64,000 bases of DNA, taken from positions 1,276 to 65,275 of the forward strand of contig JAUCBJ010004319.1 in NCBI GenBank assembly GCA_032718475.1, given 5' to 3'. The translations under genes were made by a program, and so were the position numbers. This document shows positions 34,501 through 46,500 of the stretch, piece by piece. The first letter of the stretch is position 1. Every line of letters starts with the position of its first letter. The notes under the pieces were generated by a model that was given only the letters and a program-made list of their open reading frames with translations, made no database searches and was not told the origin of the DNA. Source of the stretch: Nemertoderma westbladi (lineage: Eukaryota; Animalia; Xenacoelomorpha).

Positions 34501-37500
34501 AATGACGATGTGTTGTTATTCATTGCTCAGCAGTGATTGGCTATCATTTCAAGATATATTCTAATGATTGAGTAATCAATGGATGTAATCTGTTAGTTTT
34601 AGTAGTGAACAGAAAACTACCGATGGCTTTTGACTGGGCGATTTGTAGTCGCGTTGAAGTGCATTTTGAGTTTGTAATTATATCACTGGCTTATGGGGCA
34701 ATTATTTTATTTATTCTTATGGACTGATACATATTTAGACTAGTACTGAACACTGAAATTTTACTGAATAATTTTTTGTTTTAATTACAGTTTCAGTTTC
34801 ATAAATAATTTTAGTCATACGTTTTTGATTTTAGTTTAATTTCAGATTTAGTGTTCAGCTTTACTTCCGACTCAACTCTAATATAAACTTCATCCTTTCA
34901 GGAACTCCTGTCAGTCGTCGATCCATCTCGGATTCCCCATCCGGGATCGCTCGGTTACGCTCCAACTCTGACGTCACCACTTACGTCACAACGCCGACCG
35001 GTCACGGGGGCGGCGACGCCGGAAGTCGTAGTCGGTTGAAACGCTTCCGGAACTCTTGGAGGAAATCCTTTACGAACGAGTCGGAATCACAGGGGACAGA
35101 CTCGGATACCTCAAGCAGGTGAGTCGGAATCACGGGGGACAGACTCGGATACTTCAAGCAGGTGAGTCGGAATCACGGGGGACAGACTCGGATACTTCTA
35201 TAAGGTGAGTCGAAATCACGGGGGGACAGACTCAGATACTTCAAGCAGGTGAGTCGGAATCACGGGGGGACAGACTCGGATACTTTCAGCAGGTGAGTCG
35301 GAATCACGGGGGGACAGACTCGGATACTTTCAGCAGGTGAGTCGGAATCACGGGGGGACAGACTCGGATACTTCTATTAGGTGAGTCGGAATCACGGGGG
35401 GACAGACTCGGATACTTCTATTAGGTGAGTCGGAATCACGGGGGGACAGACTCGGATACTTCTATTAGGTGAGTCGGAATCACGGGGGGACAGACTCGGA
35501 TACTTTAAGCAGGTGAGTCGGAATCACGGGGGAAAGACTCGGATACTTATATTAGGTGAGTCGGAATCACGGGGGGACAGACTCGGATACTTTAAGCAGG
35601 TGAGTCGGAATCACGGGGGAAAGACTCGGATACTTATATTAGGTGAGTCGGAATCACGGGGGGAAAGACTCGGATACTTATATTAGGTGAGTCGGAATCA
35701 CGGGGGGACAGACTCGGATACTTTAAGCAGGTGAGTCGGAATCACGGGGGAAAGACTCGGATACTTATATTAGGTGAGTCGGAATCACGGGGGGACAGAC
35801 TCGGATACTTCTATTAGGTGAGTCGGAATCACGGGGGGAAAGACTCGGATACTTATATTAGGTGAGTCGGAATCACGGGGGGACAGACTCGGATACTTCT
35901 ATTAGGTGAGTCGGAATCACGGGGGGAAAGACTCGGATACTTCTATTAGGTGAGTCGGAATCACGGGGGGAAAGACTCGGATACTTATATTAGGTGAGTC
36001 GGAATCACGGGGGGACAGACTCGGATACCTCAAGCAGGTGAGTCGGAATCACGGGGGACAGACTCGGATACTTCAAGCAGGTGAGTCGGAATCACGGGGG
36101 ACAGACTCGGATACTTCTATAAGGTGAGTCGAAATCACGGGGGGACAGACTCAGATACTTCAAGCAGGTGAGTCGGAATCACGGGGGGACAGACTCGGAT
36201 ACTTTCAGCAGGTGAGTCGGAATCACGGGGGGACAGACTCGGATACTTTCAGCAGGTGAGTCGGAATCACGGGGGGACAGACTCGGATACTTCTATTAGG
36301 TGAGTCGGAATCACGGGGGGACAGACTCGGATACTTCTATTAGGTGAGTCGGAATCACGGGGGGACAGACTCGGATACTTCTATTAGGTGAGTCGGAATC
36401 ACGGGGGGACAGACTCGGATACTTTAAGCAGGTGAGTCGGAATCACGGGGGAAAGACTCGGATACTTATATTAGGTGAGTCGGAATCACGGGGGGACAGA
36501 CTCGGATACTTTAAGCAGGTGAGTCGGAATCACGGGGGAAAGACTCGGATACTTATATTAGGTGAGTCGGAATCACGGGGGGAAAGACTCGGATACTTAT
36601 ATTAGGTGAGTCGGAATCACGGGGGGACAGACTCGGATACTTTAAGCAGGTGAGTCGGAATCACGGGGGAAAGACTCGGATACTTATATTAGGTGAGTCG
36701 GAATCACGGGGGGACAGACTCGGATACTTCTATTAGGTGAGTCGGAATCACGGGGGGAAAGACTCGGATACTTATATTAGGTGAGTCGGAATCACGGGGG
36801 GACAGACTCGGATACTTCTATTAGGTGAGTCGGAATCACGGGGGGAAAGACTCGGATACTTCTATTAGGTGAGTCGGAATCACGGGGGGAAAGACTCGGA
36901 TACTTCTATTAGGTGAGTCGGAATCACGGGGGGAAAGACTCGGATACTTATATTAGGTGAGTCGGAATCACGGGGGGACAGACTCGGATACTTCTATTAG
37001 GTGAGTCGGAATCACGGGGGGAAAGACTCGGATACTTCTATTAGGTGAGTCGGAATCACGGGGGGAAAGACTCGGATACTTATATTAGGTGAGTCGGAAT
37101 CACGGGGGGACAGACTCGGATACTTTAAGCAGGTGAGTCGGAATCACGGGGGAAAGACTCGGATACTTCTATTAGGTGAGTCGGAATCACGGGGGGAAAG
37201 ACTCGGATACTTATATTAGGTGAGTCGGAATCACGGGGGGACAGACTCGGATACTTTAAGCAGGTGAGTCGGAATCACGGGGGGACAGACTCGGATACTT
37301 CGAGCAGGTGAGTCGGAATCACGGGGGGACAGACTCGGATACTTTAAGCAGGTGAGTCGGAATCACGGGGGGAAAGACTCGGATACTTATATTAGGTGAG
37401 TCGGAATCACGGGGGGACAGACTCGGATACTTTAAGCAGGTGAGTCGGAATCACGGGGGAAAGACTCGGATACTTATATTAGGTGAGTCGGAATCACGGG

Positions 37501-40500
37501 GGGACAGACTCGGATACTTCTATTAGGTGAGTCGGAATCACGGGGGGAAAGACTCGGATACTTATATTAGGTGAGTCGGAATCACGGGGGGACAGACTCG
37601 GATACTTCTATTAGGTGAGTCGGAATCACGGGGGGAAAGACTCGGATACTTCTATTAGGTGAGTCGGAATCACGGGGGGAAAGACTCGGATACTTATATT
37701 AGGTGAGTCGGAATCACGGGGGGACAGACTCGGATACTTTAAGCAGGTGAGTCGGAATCACGGGGGGACAGACTCGGATACTTCGAGCAGGTGAGTCGGA
37801 ATCACGGGGGGACAGACTCGGATACTTCGAGCAGGTGAGTCGGAATCACGGGGGGACAGACTCGGATACTTATATTAGGTGAGTCGGAATCACGGGGGGA
37901 CAGACTCGGATACTTTAAGCAGGTGAGTCGGAATCACGGGGGGACAGACTCGGATACTTCTATTAGGTGAGTCGGAATCACGGGGGGACAGACTCGGATA
38001 CTTTAAGCAGGTGAGTCGGAATCACGGGGGGACAGACTCGGATACTTCTATTAGGTGAGTCGGAATCACGGGGGGACAGACTCGGATACTTCTAAGCAGG
38101 TGAGTCGGAATCACGGGGGGACAGACTCGGATACTTCTATTAGGTGAGTCGGAATCACGGGGGGACAGACTCGGATACTTTAAGCAGGTGAGTCGGAATC
38201 ACGGGGGGACAGACTCGGATACTTCTATTAGGTGAGTCGGAATCACGGGGGGACAGACTCGGATACTTCTATTAGGTGAGTCGGAATCACGGGGGGACAG
38301 ACTCGGATACTTTAAGCAGGTGAGTCGGAATCACGGGGGGACAGACTCGGATACTTCTATTAGGTGAGTCGGAATCACGGGGGGACAGACTCGGATACTT
38401 CTATTAGGTGAGTCGGAATCACGGGGGGACAGACTCGGATACTTCTATTAGGTGAGTCGGAATCACGGGGGGACAGACTCGGATACTTCTATTAGGTGAG
38501 TCGGAATCACGGGGGGACAGACTCGGATACTTCTATTAGGTGAGTCGGAATCACGGGGGGACAGACTCGGATACTTCTATTAGGTGAGTCGGAATCACGG
38601 GGGGACAGACTCGGATACTTTAAGCAGGTGAGTCGGAATCACGGGGGGACAGACTCGGATACTTCTATTAGGTGAGTCGGAATTACGGGGGGACAGACTC
38701 GGATACTTCTATTAGGTGAGTCGGAATCACGGGGGACAGACTCGGATACTTATATTAGGTGAGTCGGAATCACGGGGGGACAGACTCGGATACTTCTATT
38801 AGGTGAGTCGGAATCACGGGGGACAGACTCGGATACTTCTATTAGGTGAGTCGGAATCACGGGGGGACAGACTCGGATACTTATATTAGGTGAGTCGGAA
38901 TCACGGGGGGACAGACTCGGATACTTATATTAGGTGAGTCGGAATCACGGGGGACAGACTCGGATACTTCTATTAGGTGAGTCGGAATCACGGGGGGACA
39001 GACTCGGATACTTTAAGCAGGTGAGTCGGAATCACGGGGGGACAGACTCGGATACTTCTATTAGGTGAGTCGGAATCACGGGGGGACAGACTCGGATACT
39101 TCTATTAGGTGAGTCGGAATCACGGGGGACAGACTCGGATACTTCTATTAGGTGAGTCGGAATCACGGGGGGACAGACTCGGATACTTTAAGCAGGTGAG
39201 TCGGAATCACGGGGGGACAGACTCGGATACTTATATTAGGTGAGTCGGAATCACGGGGGGACAGACTCGGATACTTCTATTAGGTGAGTCGGAATCACGG
39301 GGGGACAGACTCGGATACTTATATTAGGTGAGTCGGAATCACGGGGGGACAGACTCGGATACTTCTATTAGGTGAGTCGGAATCACGGGGGGACAGACTC
39401 GGATACTTCTATTAGGTGAGTCGGAATCACGGGGGGACAGACTCGGATACTTATATTAGGTGAGTCGGAATCACGGGGGGACAGACTCGGATACTTATAT
39501 TAGGTGAGTCGGAATCACGGGGGGACAGACTCGGATACTTTAAGCAGGTGAGTCGGAATCACGGGGGGACAGACTCGGATACTTTAAGCAGGTGAGTCGG
39601 AATCACGGGGGGACAGACTCGGATACTTCTATTAGGTGAGTCGGAATCACGGGGGGACAGACTCGGATACTTCTATTAGGTGAGTCGGAATCACGGGGGG
39701 ACAGACTCGGATACTTCTATTAGGTGAGTCGGAATCACGGGGGGACAGACTCGGATACTTATATTAGGTGAGTCGGAATCACGGGGGGACAGACTCGGAT
39801 ACTTCTATTAGGTGAGTCGGAATCACGGGGGGACAGACTCGGATACTTATATTAGGTGAGTCGGAATCACGGGGGGACAGACTCGGATACTTATATTAGG
39901 TGAGTCGGAATCACGGGGGGACAGACTCGGATACTTCTAAGCAGGTGAGTCGGAATCACGGGGGGACAGACTCGGATACTTATATTAGGTGAGTCGGAAT
40001 CACGGGGGGACAGACTCGGATACTTATATTAGGTGAGTCGGAATCACGGGGGGACAGACTCGGATACTTTAAGCAGGTGAGTCGGAATCACGGGGGGACA
40101 GACTCGGATACTTATATTAGGTGAGTCGGAATCACGGGGGGACAGACTCGGATACTTTAAGCAGGTGAGTCGGAATCACGGGGGGACAGACTCGGATACT
40201 TATATTAGGTGAGTCGGAATTACGGGGGGACAGACTCGGATACTTCTATTAGGTGAGTCGGAATCACGGGGGGACAGACTCGGATACTTATATTAGGTGA
40301 GTCGGAATCACGGGGGGACAGACTCGGATACTTCTATTAGGTGAGTCGGAATCACGGGGGGACAGACTCGGATACTTATATTAGGTGAGTCGGAATCACG
40401 GGGGGACAGACTCGGATACTTCTATTAGGTGAGTCGGAATCACGGGGACAGACTCGGATACTTCTATTAGGTGAGTCGGAATCACGGGGGGACAGACTCG

Positions 40501-43500
40501 GATACTTATATTAGGTGAGTCGGAATCACGGGGGGACAGACTCGGATACTTATATTAGGTGAGTCGGAATCACGGGGGGACAGACTCGGATACTTTAAGC
40601 AGGTGAGTCGGAATCACGGGGGGACAGACTCGGATACTTCTATTAGGTGAGTCGGAATCACGGGGGGACAGACTCGGATACTTATATTAGGTGAGTCGGA
40701 ATCACGGGGGGACAGACTCGGATACTTATATTAGGTGAGTCGGAATCACGGGGGGACAGACTCGGATACTTTAAGCAGGTGAGTCGGAATCACGGGGGGA
40801 CAGACTCGGATACTTATATTAGGTGAGTCGGAATCACGGGGGGACAGACTCGGATACTTTAAGCAGGTGAGTCGGAATCACGGGGGGACAGACTCGGATA
40901 CTTATATTAGGTGAGTCGGAATTACGGGGGGACAGACTCGGATACTTCTATTAGGTGAGTCGGAATCACGGGGGGACAGACTCGGATACTTATATTAGGT
41001 GAGTCGGAATCACGGGGGGACAGACTCGGATACTTCTATTAGGTGAGTCGGAATCACGGGGACAGACTCGGATACTTCTATTAGGTGAGTCGGAATCACG
41101 GGGGGACAGACTCGGATACTTATATTAGGTGAGTCGGAATCACGGGGGGACAGACTCGGATACTTATATTAGGTGAGTCGGAATCACGGGGGGACAGACT
41201 CGGATACTTTAAGCAGGTGAGTCGGAATCACGGGGGGACAGACTCGGATACTTATATTAGGTGAGTCGGAATCACGGGGGGACAGACTCGGATACTTTAA
41301 GCAGGTGAGTCGGAATCACGGGGGGACAGACTCGGATACTTATATTAGGTGAGTCGGAATCACGGGGGACAGACTCGGATACTTCTATTAGGTGAGTCGG
41401 AATCACGGGGGGACAGACTCGGATACTTTAAGCAGGTGAGTCGGAATCACGGGGGGACAGACTCGGATACTTCTATTAGGTGAGTCGGAATCACGGGGGG
41501 ACAGACTCGGATACTTCTATTAGGTGAGTCGGAATCACGGGGGACAGACTCGGATACTTCTATTAGGTGAGTCGGAATCACGGGGGGACAGACTCGGATA
41601 CTTCTAAGCAGGTGAGTCGGAATCACGGGGGGACAGACTCGGATACTTATATTAGGTGAGTCGGAATCACGGGGGGACAGACTCGGATACTTCTATTAGG
41701 TGAGTCGGAATCACGGGGGGACAGACTCGGATACTTATATTAGGTGAGTCGGAATCACGGGGGGACAGACTCGGATACTTCTATTAGGTGAGTCGGAATC
41801 ACGGGGGGACAGACTCGGATACTTCTATTAGGTGAGTCGGAATCACGGGGGGACAGACTCGGATACTTATATTAGGTGAGTCGGAATCACGGGGGGACAG
41901 ACTCGGATACTTATATTAGGTGAGTCGGAATCACGGGGGGACAGACTCGGATACTTTAAGCAGGTGAGTCGGAATCACGGGGGGACAGACTCGGATACTT
42001 ATATTAGGTGAGTCGGAATCACGGGGGGACAGACTCGGATACTTCTATTAGGTGAGTCGGAATCACGGGGGACAGACTCGGATACTTCTATTAGGTGAGT
42101 CGGAATCACGGGGGGACAGACTCGGATACTTATATTAGGTGAGTCGGAATCACGGGGGGACAGACTCGGATACTTCTATTAGGTGAGTCGGAATCACGGG
42201 GGGACAGACTCGGATACTTATATTAGGTGAGTCGGAATCACGGGGGGACAGACTCGGATACTTATATTAGGTGAGTCGGAATCACGGGGGGACAGACTCG
42301 GATACTTATATTAGGTGAGTCGGAATCACGGGGGGACAGACTCGGATACTTATATTAGGTGAGTCGGAATCACGGGGGGACAGACTCGGATACTTCTATT
42401 AGGTGAGTCGGAATCACGGGGGGACAGACTCGGATACTTCTATTAGGTGAGTCGGAATCACGGGGGGACAGACTCGGATACTTATATTAGGTGAGTCGGA
42501 ATCACGGGGGGACAGACTCGGATACTTTAAGCAGGTGAGTCGGAATCACGGGGGGACAGACTCGGATACTTATATTAGGTGAGTCGGAATTACGGGGGGA
42601 CAGACTCGGATACTTCTATTAGGTGAGTCGGAATCACGGGGGGACAGACTCGGATACTTATATTAGGTGAGTCGGAATCACGGGGGGACAGACTCGGATA
42701 CTTCTATTAGGTGAGTCGGAATCACGGGGGACAGACTCGGATACTTCTATTAGGTGAGTCGGAATCACGGGGGGACAGACTCGGATACTTCTATTAGGTG
42801 AGTCGGAATCACGGGGGGACAGACTCGGATACTTATATTAGGTGAGTCGGAATCACGGGGGGACAGACTCGGATACTTATATTAGGTGAGTCGGAATTAC
42901 GGGGGGACAGACTCGGATACTTTAAGCAGGTGAGTCGGAATCACGGGGGGACAGACTCGGATACTTCTATTAGGTGAGTCGGAATCACGGGGGGACAGAC
43001 TCGGATACTTATATTAGGTGAGTCGGAATCACGGGGGGACAGACTCGGATACTTATATTAGGTGAGTCGGAATTACGGGGGGACAGACTCGGATACTTAT
43101 ATTAGGTGAGTCGGAATCACGGGGGGACAGACTCGGATACTTCTATTAGGTGAGTCGGAATCACGGGGGGACAGACTCGGATACTTCTATTAGGTGAGTC
43201 GGAATTACGGGGGGACAGACTCGGATACTTCTATTAGGTGAGTCGGAATCACGGGGGGACAGACTCGGATACTTCTATTAGGTGAGTCGGAATTACGGGG
43301 GGACAGACTCGGATACTTCTATTAGGTGAGTCGGAATCACGGGGGGACAGATTCGGATACTTATATTAGGTGAGTCGGAATTACGGGGGGACAGACTCGG
43401 ATACTTATATTAGGTGAGTCGGAATCACGGGGGGACAGACTCGGATACTTCTATTAGGTGAGTCGGAATCACGGGGGGACAGACTCGGATACTTCTATTA

Positions 43501-46500
43501 GGTGAGTCGGAATTACGGGGGGACAGACTCGGATACTTCTATTAGGTGAGTCGGAATCACGGGGGGACAGACTCGGATACTTCTATTAGGTGAGTCGGAA
43601 TTACGGGGGGACAGACTCGGATACTTCTATTAGGTGAGTCGGAATCACGGGGGGGCAGACTCGGATACTTCTATTAGGTGAGTCGGAATTACGGGGGGAC
43701 AGACTCGGATACTTCTATTAGGTGAGTCGGAATCACGGGGGGGCAGACTCGGATACTTCTATTAGGTGAGTCGGAATTACGGGGGGACAGACTCGGATAC
43801 TTCTATTAGGTGAGTCGGAATCACGGGGGGGCAGACTCGGATACTTCTATTAGGTGAGTCGGAATTACGGGGGGACAGACTCGGATACTTCTATTAGGTG
43901 AGTCGGAATTACGGGGGGACAGACTCGGATACTTCTATTAGGTGAGTCGGAATTACGGGGGGACAGACTCGGATACTTCTATTAGGTGAGTCGGAATTAC
44001 GGGGGGACAGACTCGGATACTTCTATTAGGTGAGTCGGAATTACGGGGGGACAGACTCGGATACTTCTATTAGGTGAGTCGGAATTACGGGGGGACAGAC
44101 TCGGATACTTCTATTAGGTGAGTCGGAATCACGGGGTGACAGACTCGGATACTTTAGGCAGGTGAGGAGGAGATACACACTCGTACATCCCACCGGCCGC
44201 TATAATATCGGCCGCTATATTTATTAGCCGCTATTTCGTTGGTACAATGTCAACAAACCCTGGAAGAAAGCCGCCCCAATCATTCGGTCAGCCGCACATC
44301 ATTTTCTAAGTCGACGATCACTATGGAGAATCCTCCCAGAATTACAACTTGTCATCGGGAAAGTACCGCAACAAAAAAAATCAGGGTTTTTTTTTCAAAA
44401 TGACCGCTGTGAAAAGTTTCTAAACGGCGAGGAAAAATTAAGAAAATCTCTAATTTGTTTAGAACACCAAAATAATTTGCCCAATGACGAATATGAAAGA
44501 TTAATTTTGAAAAGTAGACCATGCATTACTTCCTGTACTGCTTTGTTTTCTACTTTATTCAACCATACGGTATTGTACGGCCCGTGTTCCACTGGTAAGT
44601 CGTATGTCGTATATGTTATAAGTCAAAATAAATTATGGAGCACATTGGTTTCAATTCAATGGGAGCGCTTCCGCACTGGTATGTCATAAGTCGTTTGTTA
44701 CGACTCATGCGTCGAAAGTGATTATGTCCCATGTTCCATCTTTTGACATACGATTCATGAGTTATATCCGACAAGAAGCCTGTGATTAGTTCTTTGGGTA
44801 CCAGCAAGTCAGAAAATATTGTACAGCAATTTATGGTGTTCCATTAAATGTTAGGCGCATCTTATATTTTTTAAGAAAAGACTTTTGACTTACTTATTCG
44901 ACCTACTTTTGACATCGACGGACTCTGACAAATCTGAAAGCGACTTATGACATACGACTCATGAGTTACCAGTGGCGCTCGCGGCCTACGTAATCTTAAA
45001 TATCATCGAAATATCAAACTAATAAAGACCTACTACCCTATGTAATGCAGCTTTGGTAAATTAATGCCATTTTTATTGGGAAGGAATATTCCACATGATT
45101 GGGGTGTTGGGACAGTAAAATAAGTATCATATTTATAAGACTGTAAATTATGGGAATGTCAGTGAAACACTCTTAGACTGTAACACAGTCGATGTCGATC
45201 TACTTAGAAATAAACAATAACCATAATAAACAATAAACAAGAGAAATTAGTGAGTTTATTCGATATTATAGAAGTTGGTACAAATAAATGAAGCTGATGG
45301 AGATGAATCAGATTTAGAGGATCAAGTATTCGATTCTGGTGAACGAACAAGGAACGAACAACATTAATAATAAATTAAAATGGTTAATCTTAAATTTTGA
45401 TTTACAGGTGTTTTTATTTCAAACGCTGTAGTAAAGTTTATATTTTTCAATTCGTTGTTTGCAATATTTAATTTTAGAAATATTTCTAAACAAGTTTAAA
45501 AAATTTAGAAATCACTATTTTAATTTATAAATTTCACTAACATATTTAGAAAAAAAACCCTGCCGCAACTAGAGCTGGTTCTTGCATACCTTTTATGTTT
45601 TACATGTGACGTGTACCATGTGATACTGCATTGCATACCAAATGTATCACAAGCTGATAACATTCAACCCACTACATAGTCACTTTCATATGTCATGTTA
45701 TCAAGTGGCAAATAACTTTACAAGTAAAGCAAATAAATATAACTCAACTAAAAGCATCTGGTTGTATTATTTAACTGATTGGTTTTGCTGTCAATCTTAC
45801 CCATTCTGTATTTATCCCTTCCTGCCCATTGTATTCGGTAGAACATGTCCCAGTTCATCTATATAGATATATTTAATCAACCCACGTACGTTTTTTAGCA
45901 TGTGATTGTTAATCCAAGCCTGTACGTTTCTACTTTCTAATATGCCAATAATAACTTGAGTTATGCGTTTGGACGGAGTATTAACTATTGACTGCCTAAG
46001 ATAATTGGTATTCTCAACACTCTCCAACATGTGCGTAGATTTATCCAAACCAAAATCGGTGCAACATGTGTGTTTATTTATTGTGCGGTGTACCCCCCCC
46101 CCCCCCCCCCCCCCCCCCAACCTCAATCTCCACGTTACAGTAACCATAATCTGCATTTGTGTTGCAGTTTCACTCCTGCTAAAGTTATAATTTAGTCAGC
46201 AGCACACCATTTCGTATATTGTATCTTTAATAGTTTTGCGTGTATGGTTTTACCTAGTTTCCTGGTTGCATTTATTTCATTTTAAAACAAATTAAATTCA
46301 AATCGACTATTTAGCATGTGGAGTGAGCAACGAAGTTGGCTGAAGAAATTCAAGGAACTAACACTGTTAAGGGGGTGGTGGGTCAATTTTTGCAAAATTA
46401 GTCGTCGTTGCTATTTTCACATGCTAAATCATTTTGTCGGATTTAGAGCTGTCGAGTTGAACATTTGTAGGAATCCATAAGTAAGACAATAAGTCGATAT

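Noticed and set aside
35119-44161. Coding repeat or tandem alternative exons
   Set aside because: The unit length is not a multiple of 3, stops are frequent, and an in-frame TGA follows the first donor immediately.
35078-44166. CRISPR-like array (regular 43-44 bp period)
   Set aside because: There are no unique spacers; the units are near-identical tandem copies, the context is a eukaryotic intron, and no cas genes are present.
44382-45562. Old CAGGGTTTTTTT-terminated TIR element
   Set aside because: The inverted similarity is weak and AT-rich, and no adjacent TSD is present.
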